From Takakia lepidozioides (taxonomy: Eukaryota > Plantae > Bryophyta), in assembly GCA_030704615.1 (NCBI GenBank), contig CM060732.1:56048001-56112000 (forward strand): 64,000 bases of DNA. Direction: 5' to 3'. The notes beneath the pieces were generated by a model. It saw only the letters and a program-made list of their open reading frames with translations. It did not search any database and had not been told where the DNA came from. Position 1 is the stretch's first letter. Each line of letters begins with the position of its first letter. Below are positions 17,878 to 30,079 of this stretch, in pieces. The translations under genes and the position numbers were made by a program.

Positions 17878-18339
17878 GGCCAAGGAAAGAGATACCCATC
17901 TTGGACTTGGCTTAGTACTTATTGCACTTGTGCGTGGAATATGGATTCCATGATCATGTGACACTAGCAAGCCAAAAGACCACATACAATAATTTGTGCA
18001 GAGATGCTCATCCAGAACATACATGATCCCATGATTGTCTGAACAAGAAATCTAAAGTCCACCACCCTTTACATTCAAATCTTTAAAGTTGCCGGATGGC
18101 TTTCCCATGTTTGATTCTTAGCTCAAGTATCTAGGTACATAGTTATGGAACTGCACCGGAAATTGTCAGGCAAGCATTATTTAGTCATCTGACTGTTAGG
18201 CTATCAGCTGAGATCTGCCACAAGCAAGTACAGCTTTCCAGCATGCGTGCTTCGAAAACGTGAGATTTGGTCCCAGATCGACCACCACATTGCAAGCTGT
18301 CGTTGCACATGTATTGAATTCCGAATTTTGTATATGCTT

Positions 18340-21300
18340 TCAAACTGCAACTGCACCTTGCCATGAGGAAAGGGGTGGGCTGGAAGTGAACTGCCATGTG
18401 CTCTTCATCAGAGGACCTGCATACCGGTCACCTGCAATCTCATCAATTGGCACAGCCGCTTCAATCTCTTCTATTTCCTTCTCCGTAAGTGAGACTTTCA
18501 GAGCTTCAATGTTGGACACCAAATTGGCCTTCTTGGTTGTCCCTGGGATGGGTACCACATCAGCTCCCTTGTGCTGAACCCAGGCAAGAGCCAATTGATT
18601 TAATGTACACTTTTTCTTCTCAGCAATCTCAGTAACTCGATCCCGCATTGCTACATTCTTGGCCAGATTTTCTCCTGTCATCCTTGGAAAAGACTGCAGA
18701 GAGAGATTTGCATGAGAATAAAGCCTGCAACCTCAAATGAGCTTTGCATGTGGCGCATCACCAAGATCTAACAGTCTCGGCAAACCTATCAACTGAGGTA
18801 CACATTAGATAACTTGTACTAGACTCCATGCGGGTTCAGCCACAGGCATGGAAGAGTGAGAGGGCCAAGGAGGATGAGAAAAGAGCAGAACAGGTACCAA
18901 CTTTTCTGACAGCTCTCCACAGTACTCTGACATTCTACCCTTCTGTACAATTGACAATTACCTGTCACAATTGATGATGAATGCCCATGAAGGTCTCAAG
19001 GCCTCAAGCAATACTGAACCTCATGAGGCAAGATGTGGAGGTTGGACCCCACCAATTGTCTATAGATTGTACTCATAAGACGTTGTTTGCCGTAGCCTTG
19101 TGGCCATTGACCCCGCGCCCAGTTTGAGCGGGAACAAAAGGGACAGAACCTACCTCTGTCAGGGGCTGACGTTGGTAGTAAGACTTACCTCCATATAAAG
19201 AATTAATCCGGGTTTTCCAGATATCCTCTAGAAATCCCTTCACACAAGCATCAATCTGCTGTGTGTGATTTGCCCAAAAACTAGGCCTCAGGAGGGCCTG
19301 GGCTTTTGGCTCAGCCTGGAGACTTTCAAAGTTGGTAAACAGGGGTACAGGCACAATTCCCTTAATAGATTTGAAGAGAGCGTCTCTTTGGTGAGAGAAC
19401 CCCGGACAGTGTATCAGAAAATGAATACTGTCTTCAGATTGCCCACACAACGGGCAATTGCACTCTCCCTTTCCTCTCTGCTTCTGTTTGCTGTTCAAAG
19501 GTAGGCTTCCTGCCCTGAGTTTAAATTTCAGTCTAGTGCCGAGAGTGGGTAGACCCTTGAGGTCATCCAAGATGTCCTCCCCCATGTCACAGACTGGAAA
19601 CAAGTTCAGGGAAGTTTTCTGCCTAACTTCATTTTCATCAGACAATCTCATGGCAACAGACATGGCTGAGGACACTACAGCCTCTAAGTCAGATTTATCC
19701 AGCAGGGTCAAGACTTGCGGATCCAGGTCCAGGTCCTTGAGGATCTCTTCTACTCTCTTCTGCCAGGACTTAGCCTGTTTGACAGGGCGGTCCTGTTTCC
19801 AAGATATAGAGTCGATTAATTTAGGATATCTGGTGTTGGTCCTATGTTGCAGCTGACCCCACCATCTGACCTTGAATTCATCTCGTCGGGAGTTTAAGGA
19901 CGGAATGCCAAACTCACCCCGAACAGCCACATTGGCTGTTTTGGAGCATGCTGACATACACTCCTTAAGCACCCCCACTTGAATGGATTCTAGAGACTTA
20001 GCCTGGTTGGAGTTATCAACCCATATAGCAGATCCGTACTCCAAGGCAGGTCTAATAACGCGACAAAGCATGGTTTTCTTAACCTCAGAGTTGACCCCTC
20101 TGCAGTGGAAAAATTGTCTATAGAAACCCACCTCAAATTACCATAACGCTGGCAAGAGAAACAAACAGAGAGAAATTATGTAACCACAGGAGGCCCGCTC
20201 AGGTTCCATGGGACAAAGTGGGGTGACAAAAAACCATTCAGAAAATATCAAGCACCACCTCAGTGCCTTTGGCAGACAGACAGCCAGGCACTTCGAGGTG
20301 AGAGCTTCTGCCAAAGACTGGGAGTCTCCGAACAGGCAACAGTAACTGCCTCAAATCTTGAATTAGGCAGGATTATTCCTCAGAAACGAAAGGATCTAGC
20401 CTCGGAGATGTTTCACCTCACCACCCCGTCCTAATCTGCACGGTGTGAGAACGAAATTGAAGGTGCCGAGGCCCTCGTAAGGAATGCAGTGACCTTCTCA
20501 GGGAGGCAGAAAGAAACTATTATATCCAGAGGAGGGAGCAGAGGGAGGGAAAAGGCTGGGGACAATGGGTGGAGGGCGAAAGGGGTGATTCTCATTATCG
20601 ACATTTTCTCCTGAAAGCACTTAATGCCAATATTCACTACCAAGTTAGAGAGAAAAAGAGTCTCCCAGCTTGAATGCCTCCAACTGACCGGGAAAGAAGG
20701 TGCGGTGACTTGTCTTATATCCCACTTCCCTTTTACCCACCTGCTTATATCACCGTAAAAAGCTAATGACACTCTTTAGTTTCCTTACCCTGGGACTGAG
20801 GCTTGCAGGGGCATTTAGGTGATCCCTAAGTCCTCTTTGATTCAGCAAGTTCTGTGAATAAGGGCTGAGGTCATCTGTCCGAGGCATTCCGTTTTCTTAC
20901 TCGAGCAGCATTCCTCTGTGAGCTTATACTGCTTGTACTGTCAATGACCTCCGGGAGCCAGAAACCACTTCCAAAACCACCAAAAGATGACATGCATCAT
21001 GCAGGTAGGATTCCAGGCACTCTCAAGAGAGAAAGTAAAAGGGAGACCTGCCGACGGTCACCCTGACCAGCCTCCTCAGGCTTAAAACCAGCCAAGAAGC
21101 CTCGACCAAGAGGGCTGTAGGGGACAATCCCTATCCCCAACTCTCTGCACACACAAATCATCCCCTTCAACACCAGCTCACCTCTCCTTCAGATCATACA
21201 TTGGTGTCTTTTAAAATGCACAAGAGCTAGCATGTGAATGCTACTTCAAATGTTGTCAATCCGCTGCCAAACTCCTTACAGTGGAATTCTGGTTTCGACA

Positions 21301-22757
21301 GACAACCCAGTTGTTAGTCTAATGTGGACAATGTCCTATGTGCTCCACCCAGCAGCAGGAAGACCAAGAGCCCACCATGTCTGGTACCTCAATTCACTGC
21401 CCAGGAAAAATATTAGGTCAGAAGATGGGAAGTCACCATTACAAGTGCCACTTTTGAAGAGGGGCAACAGCTCAGAATGTCCATCAGACATGACATCTTA
21501 ATCTTTCGAGATTCATTTTCTTCTGCAGCTGGATAACATTGACCAATGAATTGCCACTGGATTTATCATATGCCTCTCTAGAGGATCACCACAAGAGTTA
21601 AGTGTTTCCCACTCTACCATCATTATGTATAAATAGTAAACTATGCAACTCTCAACACAGCTTGGTACCCCATTCTTGAGAACATGAGGTCACATGTCAC
21701 CCAGAATTCATACCTGCATGTAGGAATGATGTCCTCTTCCACATCACGAGACCAGAGAGACCACTCAATCTGGACGGCAGTGATAGGGTGCACAGCATGA
21801 GCGCGCCGAATGTCAGAGGCACATGCCTCCGACAATCCCAAATACTTTACCTTCCCCTCCTCCACCAGCTTCTTCATAGCGCCTACCTGAACACAGAGCC
21901 AGCATAGGATGCCAGAGATGGCTTTATGTCTGAAATTTCTCCCAAGTTTCTGTAGGGGTTCATGTTCTCTTGTAGTTCTACTTTCTCCCATGGGCCCTGT
22001 CGAACCGCCGGCCGTATTCAACTCCTTCCTTATTAGAGCGTGATGTCGATGCCGATCCTCAAATCAACACTAAATCTACCCCGGAATCTTATTTCAATAA
22101 TCACAGCGGTTGCCTAAGCCACATAGGTTGGACAAGAGGAGACAGATGCGTACAGTGATTTCAATAGGAACGTTGGGATCCACGCGATGCTGGTAGTAGA
22201 GATCAATGTAATCTACATCCAACCTCTTCAAGCTCGCTTCGCAAGCTTCACGCACGTACTCTGGGTCCCCTCGAACTGTGACAGTGAAGGCTCCGTCCAC
22301 AATACTTACAATATTTGCGAATTTGGTAGCCAATTGCACTTTGTCCCGAATGCCTTTGATCGCCTGCAGTAAACCCACATCCCTGTGCCCATTTGAATGC
22401 CGGGCCTCTATGATCTGGAAATCATGTTTCAGTTTACCAAATCAGAGCAGCTGCATGAGGTGAAAGAGGAGAAAGTGGAGGAGAGAGCTAGTGATATAAA
22501 GACCTTGAAGTAAGGAATTCGTGTAAAACCATCACCTTTCCAACAAGAACCTCGTTGGTATGAGGCCCATACATATCAGCAGTGTCAAGGAAAGTTACCC
22601 CACCCTCCACAGAAAACCTAATGAGCTCAATCATCTCCTCCTCAGGCTTGGGAATTCCATAGGCCGTGGACATGCCCATGCAGCCCAAGCCCAAGGCCGA
22701 TACGTCCAGACCCTGAGAACCCAGCTTCACTTGCGGAATGGTGGGGAGAGACGCCAT
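18340..22757 (-). CDS. Aldo-keto reductase copy 3. Exons 22757-22536, 22363-22154, 21886-21714, 21144-21048, 18693-18340
   Basis: Five in-frame GT-AG exons, 351 aa; catalytic tetrad intact; tandem duplicate of copy 2 including introns and flanks. Confidence 0.94.
19067..20111 (-). mobile_element. Young 5'-truncated LINE in AKR copy 3 intron 4, same family as 1541-2737
   Basis: Uninterrupted ORF to the stop codon. Perfect 13-bp TSD AATTGTCTATAGA at 19054-19066 and 20112-20124. The empty site is visible in copy 2 (~11672) and copy 4 (~33580). Confidence 0.95.
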
Positions 22758-24733
22758 AATTGATCAACTTCAAATGGGTCACAGAGTTGAGCTGCCTAGA
22801 CAGAGATCACCCCCGCAATCCTTGAGCTGAAACCGTGCCCAACGTGCCCACGGACAGACAAGCGCTCCTCTACGCCAATGCAAAGTTGCTCGAGATGAGA
22901 CTGACTACCATTGCACAAACTAGATTTATAGCCTCATCCGGGGACGGAGAAACTATATAACAACATTGGGAGCCAAATCCCTCTGATCATGGGATATTTT
23001 GTACTTCCTCCACACGGCATGCAAAGTCGCAGTACGTTCAGTGGGACTCTATGAGTAGTTTACTATAGCTTCTGTTTCGTCGCTGGTTGAGTAGCTTACT
23101 ATAGCTTTTGTTTTTTTCTCTAGCTCAGTAGCTTACTATAGCTTTTTGTTTTCTTCTCTTGTTTCTTGTTCCTCCCCCCCTTTTTTGGAACTTCACATCA
23201 TATGCACGTACATGTTGTAAATAAAGTCTTACAGGTTTCATCATCTGCAGAAGGAAGTTCTCAGCAACAATGCTATAAGTTAGTCAAGCGCCCATGCAAA
23301 ATTGCATTTTGGGCCTTGAGATGATTCGTCATTCTTTGATTAGTGTGGCATGTATCTCTCTTGAGTACAGTCTTGGGCTACCAGTAGATCCTCCGAATTC
23401 TTGAAGTTTTCTCAGCATCTTATTACAAGGGGAAAATAAGGGCCAACTTCCATGTCCTTCCTCATCAGGATGTATTTTTTTCCCCCTTGCCACCTAGATT
23501 CTGTTGCCTTTCACCAATAACTTTTGCATCTTGGGGCTTGTAAGGGTTTAATTTTTTCCCTTCAAATAATTCCAAATAAAGTTGTCAGGACCACTATCCC
23601 CTTTTCCAAGAAAAAAAAAAAAAACTCTGCATCTTGGAAATGATGTTGACAATTTGGAGAAGAGAATGCCAAAGTCCAACTAGAGTGACCCCACACATAA
23701 AAAGAGTGTCATATTTTGCTGCAAGCTTTTGTATGCTTTAAGGGCCACTTTCCATGTGGACCCGTTTACCGTGATGTGGTCCTTCCATGTGCATGCACAC
23801 CCCTACAAAAAATAACCACTCCTGTGCAACACGCAACCCTCACCTCGAATGTGAGGTGTTGGCTGGCCAGGCCCGTTCGAATTTCTCCCTTGAAAATGGG
23901 AAAAGAGAGGATGAATTGAAGAAGGGCTGATTGGTTGGTATGGGAACTCATAGGGCATGTGCTTACTCACTATTGGTATTACATTCATTTGAAGGCTCAT
24001 GGTCTCAAACGAAACAAGAAACAAGAGAAGTTCATATCCGGTTTTGTTATTACTGCTCGCGAAATCCCGCAATGCAATGTAGTACTTCCTACAAAAAAAC
24101 AGGCCAGCCAGCATTTGTACCAATATCTTCCTCTGGACCCTATGCCATCAACCCTATATCTGTCAATAATGGTTAGCCATAAATTTACTGATATTATTGC
24201 ACTTGTGGCTGGTGAAGATACATACCAGTGTTGGACTGGTATACCTGGTTGTACCTAGGTATGGAATACATATATGAATATATATATTGAAGAACATACC
24301 AGTCGGGTATGAAAGAACCACTGTACCCATGTGATACACGTACTGGGGGAGTATGGCTTTAGGATTCCCCCCACACATACCATACCAGTCTGGGTATATG
24401 GAGGAATAGCATGGTCCCGATACCAGTATTGCGGTGAGTTCATGGCGAATGGAGGTAGGTATGAGTATATGTTAGTGCAAGTCGTTATACCCTGTACTAC
24501 AATTTGGTTAATTCAAGGCTCCATGTTGCAATTTAGACTTCATTTGCTGTTTCGTGCTACTTTGGGTTACCTTTGCCTAGTGGACTCTCCGAAGAACCTT
24601 GTAAACAGCAGGAAGAATACCAAATCATGGTACTAACAGTCGCGAAGAGCCCAGATTTGCAGGATGGACAAACTTCTTCACATCGTACATTGAGAAAAAG
24701 CCACACCTTCCGATTGCGGTTGTCCATCGTGAA

Positions 24734-24814
24734 GGTGGCTAGTCGCTTCCCATAGTAGTCAATGGCCACATCGTGCACCACATCTTCATGCCCCGATTCT
24801 AGGGTTTTAGTCCC
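24734..24814 (-). pseudogene. SEC13: Captured fragment of SEC13 (WD40 N-terminus)
   Basis: KTLESGHEDVVHDVAIDYYGKRLAT matches the conserved SEC13 N-terminal blade. No further SEC13 sequence follows. Confidence 0.85.
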
Positions 24815-24842
24815 TGTCTGCCCCCCATCCCACCAACTCCAC

Positions 24843-25006
24843 TCGTCGTCTCTCATGATCAGACTCGATCCTAAAACAAAACAAACATAGCTCCGCCCTA
24901 TTCGACGTCTCTCATGATCAGACTCGACACTATAAGAAAGCAAACACAGCTCCGTCCTGTTTGTCGTCTCTAACAATCAAACTCGACACAAAGAAAACAA
25001 ACAGAT
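24843..25006 (+). repeat. Three ~59-bp tandem repeats
   Basis: Unit similar to TCGTCTCTCATGATCAGACTCGA...AAACAAACAYAGCTCCG repeated three times with divergence. Confidence 0.8.
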
Positions 25007-25463
25007 GGCAGGGGAGACAAAAAAACGCTAAGTCCCCTCTACTCATGACTGGATGGATGAATGTAGCGATAGATGGATGGATTTTGGGTTTTCCATCAAT
25101 ACATCCATCCATTCATTTGTTTTTCCATTTTTTGGCCATTTTAATTTCATCCATTCATCCAAAATAAGGTTCGGATTAAAATTAGCTATGTGCTAAATGA
25201 CATTTATTTCTATGTATGGTGAGCTGTAGAAATATCATACCAGTGCTCATACCCCCCCAGTATCACTACAGAGAAAGGGCAATACCAGTACCATACTCAT
25301 ATACAGCCCAACGTATAACTACTCATACCAGATTCATACCCAAGTTGCTCATACCTGTATAGATACCTATACCAGCCTGGTAAGGGGTGGGACCCTCCAT
25401 ACCAGGACCAGTCTGGTATTAAAAAATGGACATACCAGTCCAACACTGATACATACCTACAAC

Positions 25464-25739
25464 CAGTGATTTTTTTCTTAAATTTGAAAAATAGCACGAG
25501 TGGCTACAAGAAATAGCTATATATTCTGTTCATCCATTGAAAATTTGGATAGAATCATCCTCATATGTACTTTCATCCATTTATATCATCCACATTTGGA
25601 GAATTCATCCATCTTGTTTTTTCCTTGTAGAAGTTTGGCGATTTCATCCATTAAAAAACAAGGAATTTGTGACAGAATATTCCATTTTAATGTTTTGAGG
25701 TCGCCATTTGGCGATTTTTCGCCAAAAAAAGAAACACTG
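25464..25739. mobile_element. hAT-type MITE
   Basis: Termini CAGTGATTTTTTT / AAAAAAAGAAACACTG; 8-bp TSD CCTACAAC / CCTGCAAC; internal TCATCCA repeats. Confidence 0.75.
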
Positions 25740-25880
25740 CCTGCAACGGTAACAAGTCAATGTCTCGAAAGATTTTATGGAAAACTGGAAACCTTGCAAA
25801 CGAATTGTCGTTAAAGATAGGAAGAGAGTTCTAGGGCGGCCACTTGCAGCCCACATTTGGCGCAGAGCTATGCGCCTCCG

Positions 25881-26492
25881 CAAAATGGCACATCACGAAT
25901 GAACAGACCATTGGACCACAATACTCCATGGTGTACATTAGTGCACCACAGATCAGACTTGTGTCATGCAGACCACTAGAGTTCACCTTGAAAAATGTAG
26001 ACCATGATTAGATCATTATATAGTACACCATATTGAACCAAAATGTTGAAGATCTATAATCTTTGTATGTTTAGTGTTACGTTCTTTACATATAGTATGT
26101 TATCTGCTATGCCCTTCCGATCAGTCAATGATGGTAACAAGTTGTCTTTAAAGCGGAAGAAACATTTTATGGAATACTGAAAATTAAACCTCAAAAATAA
26201 ATAGTTGTTAAAGGTACAAAGAGAGTTGTAAGGTGGTCACCTGCATCCCACATTTACACAAATATGTGGTGAATGTCAAGGCCTCCACAAAATGGCACAT
26301 CATGGATGAAACAGACCTGTGGACCACAATGGACCACGGTGTACATTAGTGGACCACAACAGACGACCAATAGACCATGACATTACAAGGTAGAGCATAT
26401 CATACTTGTGTTCATGTAGACCACAATTAGACTAGATGTTTATACTGAAAAATGTAGACCATGTCTAGATCATTATACAGTACAACCTATTG
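25881..26492 (+). repeat. Diverged direct duplication (25881-26035 and 26288-26492)
   Basis: Shared blocks CAAAATGGCACATCA, GGTGTACATTAGTG and GAAAAATGTAGACCATG..TAGATCATTATA. Confidence 0.7.
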
Positions 26493-26542
26493 GCAATTTT
26501 AGCTTGAAAGCAGAAATTGTCCAATTACACCCTTCAATTAAT

Positions 26543-29007
26543 AATTTCACCCAACCAAAGCATGGAAAGGTAAAATTTTACTTCTCAAATTAGCTTTGAA
26601 CACCAATATCAAATGGTCAACGTTAACTTGAAAGCTGAAATTGATCAATTAAAACTTTTGAATCATCATGATAGATGTCCAAGATGTATTAATGTTCTTC
26701 ATGTACTCCAACTGACCATTGTAAATCCCTACTAGGTCTATTGTTAGTAGAAGACCTAAAAATTGTATATACAGAGGATTTTCTAAATATTATGACAAAG
26801 TACCAAGATTTGAAGAGGAGATAAAAGCATGCAGAATCGTTGGTGGTGAAATTTGTTATTCCTATTGGCTCACCACCAGCTACTTCTTTTTTAAGGAAAT
26901 TTGGATTACCAATTACAATGTACACATTGCTTTCACTGAAATTCAAAATATACAAAATAAGGGGAAAAAATAGACCATATTGGTCATCAAATTCCAGCAC
27001 TAGGCTAGTGGAAGTTGGACATCCACTATGCAAATTTCAAAGACTAGAATTGCAATCTCTGACTTAGTGGATTCCCAACTTCCACTAGTGGATTATTAAT
27101 ATGGTCCATTTTTATTATTCCATTTTATCTCTTTTTGTCTATTTTAAATTTCATTAAAAGCAATGTGTACCTCCATTGTAATTGGTAATCCAAATTTCTG
27201 TAAAAAGAGAAGCAGTTGGTGGCAATTCAATAGGAATAACACATTTCACTACCAATGATTCTGCATGTTCGTATGTCATCTTCAAATCTTGGTACTTTGT
27301 TATAATATCCAAAATGGGTTTTTAACTCACTAGAATGGCTGTAGAAAGCCCCAGGAAAAGAACTCGTTCTTCCTTTCTAGACATTTTATATGGTAAAATA
27401 ATATCTACGGAAAAAAATGAATTAGAATATCATTTTACCTCAACCTCCTCTGCAAGACGTCAGCAACCATCCCTCGCGTATTCTTGATGATTTCTCGGAG
27501 TCTGATTTTGTGCAATGCTCCTATATATATCTCTCTCTCTGGTATTCCTGGAGATATCTTCCTACTGTTGCTGGTTTACTGCTTTCATGGAAGCCAACTC
27601 TTTTTGCTGTTGTTGCTTCAGTTTTTCCAATTTTGCGAGACGTTTCTCAATTCCTGTCCAGCCACCCTCTCTGGAGTAGCTTGCCACCATTAACACGTGC
27701 TCATCCTCGAAACGAGGATCACTCAAACAATCTTCAGAGGTTACCAAAGAACGTCACACCTTGCGGATATGCGCTTGAACTCCATTTTTCCTCTTTAGGC
27801 TCCAGAGAGTACCTTCACTAGTGAGTACATTGAATTCAGATGCAACTCCTCTGCGGCACATTCCATCCTCTTTTTCTCTTGAATCCCTCGTTCCGGCTCA
27901 TTCGATCTGAAAACCCTATGTCTCTTAAAAACAGCCAGGAGAGTAGTGTCAATGTCGAAACATAGTAATTTGAATATATTGGATAAGAGTTTAGATTTTC
28001 TATATTTTATAATAGATGTAGGTCTTATACTAACAATAGACCTAGTTAGGGATTTACAATGGTCAGTTGGAGTACACGATGATACATGAATGCATCTTGG
28101 ACATTTATTCGACCCTCGGCTTATGATACATGACTGACACAATCTGTGACAATTGACCCTCCATAAGTGTACATAGGCTAGGGACACAACCCTAAAACAA
28201 ATTACTTCTTTTAAATGTTCATTACTTTTAGGACAAAGAATCAGTTGTAACAATTTGAATTTTTCTGCTTGTTCGTGAATGGATTTGTTACAAGTGACAT
28301 CCAGAGGTCCCAACATTATTAACAGATTATACTACCTAATTCATAACAAAATTTGACATGAATCACTTTTGCAAGCTCACAAAACTGTTTGGTTGATGAC
28401 ACTACAAGTTATTGCCTTCCATGACCATTGACAAAGATATTGGAGATCAAACCCAACGTGCTCTTCTATGGAATTCTCTTCATAAATGATTGACTTCAAA
28501 TATGTGCACTAAGATGCACAACTTGAAGATATCTTTGGATGTTTAGAAAAAAGTTGGAGCCTTGAATATAATAATTATAACCACTTTTGTACGTGGTCTA
28601 TTATAAGCCTTAAATTCCATTGTAACTACAATCTTTTCTAAGAAATAGACCATTTAAAATTATACACAAAAGCTATACAAATATATACAACCATTATTTT
28701 CAATATAAATAGTAGATATCAATAGAAATTACCCTATAACTATAAGTTTTAAGTTTATTTGAGTCTATATTTTTATCTATAAATATCTGCAAAACAAACA
28801 TATACAAATGATGGTTTGAGTTTTTTTAAGATAAAATTATTTGTTTGAGGAGGTAGAATTCGATCATTCTATCCTTTTTGTGGGATGACTTAAGAGTTTT
28901 AATTGGTTAGTTTGAGCTTTCAAATTAATGTTGACCATTTGACATGACGTTCATAGCTAATTTGAGAAGTAGAATTTTACCACTCCATCCCTTGGTTGGA
29001 TGAAATT
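26543..29007. repeat. Large interrupted palindrome / fold-back element centred near 27045
   Basis: Inverted pairs: 26543-26660 with 28891-29007; 26673-26760 with 28017-28108; 26787-26985 with 27098-27309; 27005-27028 with 27065-27088. Confidence 0.85.
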
Positions 29008-29039
29008 ACTAAACAAATTATAGAACGGATATAGCAAGA

Positions 29040-29460
29040 GCAAGATTTGATAAGAAAGAGCACGAAAAATGCTCAAGAAAGGGCAAAGACTTATACGGAT
29101 CAGAATAGATCTCTTAGGAAGTTTGAAGTTGGAAATCAAGGATTTTTGAAAATGATCCCTAAGAAGAGTCAATTGAAGTTGGGAAAATGCTATAAAGCTT
29201 TTTCCAAGCTATTGTGGACCTTTTAGGATTATAAAGAAAATTGACAAAGTAGCATATAAGCTAATTGAGTTGCCCTTAGGATGGAGAATTCATGATGTAC
29301 TCCACGTCAGTCTCTCGAGAAAGTATGTCGAGCCGACCCCAATCATGTTCTCCCTGAATTACCAAAGTAACCTACATGGGCAAAATGAGATGAGATTCGA
29401 AAGAATTATCCCCACTTTAGTATTGAGGACAATAGCTTCTTTTTAAGAGGGGAGGTGATA
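29040..29460 (+). mobile_element. Ty3/Gypsy integrase C-terminal remnant with polypurine tract
   Basis: Frameshifted RKFEVG...YCGPFRIIKKIDKVAYKL..LP.GWRIHDVLHVS (GPY/F module), then TTGAGGACAA and PPT-like GAGGGGAGGTGA. Confidence 0.8.
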
Positions 29461-30079
29461 TTATGTGCCTAGGATTGAACCTATGACACGTTGTTGACCT
29501 ATTTGAAAAAACCAGGTTCTCTTCCGTGGTGAACGTCCTGGCAGGGATGAAGTGGAATATCATGATAACCTTTGAGGTGGCTTGCAACTACTAGGTTGAA
29601 GAAGCTATGCTTTGACGTGGAAAGGGCAGATGCATAGGAAGAGAAAATACGGGAGAGGAAGCTCTGGGGGCAGAGAACAGATGACGACAATGGCTGCAAG
29701 AAAAATATGAGATAGGGATTTCCTATGTGATGAATTGTTGGATTGAGCATGTAGACGATGCACAAAATATAGAATATGATCGACGATCTGTTAAAAGATT
29801 GTAAAATTGTAAATGTGAAGTTGGTGTGTGTGAGCCTAGCTGAAAGAATAAAGTGGACAATGATGGAAAAGAACAGAGGAAACGTTACAATAACCATGCT
29901 AGTCCATCCTTAATGGACAAATGATTCCCTTTATGTCTTCGAAAGCTGGTGCATTTCTTACTAGCATGTAGTTTTAGTCTTGTTTAGTAGGTGTTCTTAA
30001 TCCATAGTAAAGACTGTTGTCTCCATGGTTCTTGTGGATCAATTCTCAGCAAGTCACATGTGTCATTAAGGCAGTAATG

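Larger units (their letters stand above)
24226..25448. mobile_element. Non-autonomous hAT-type element carrying a host SEC13 fragment
   Basis: Perfect 17-bp TIR CAGTGTTGGACTGGTAT (24226-24242 / 25432-25448); 8-bp TSD ATACATAC; many ATACCAG subterminal repeats. Confidence 0.85.

Noticed and set aside
24557-24976. Functional SEC13 gene
   Set aside because: Only ~27 codons match, they are embedded in a TIR element, and the remaining WD repeats are absent.
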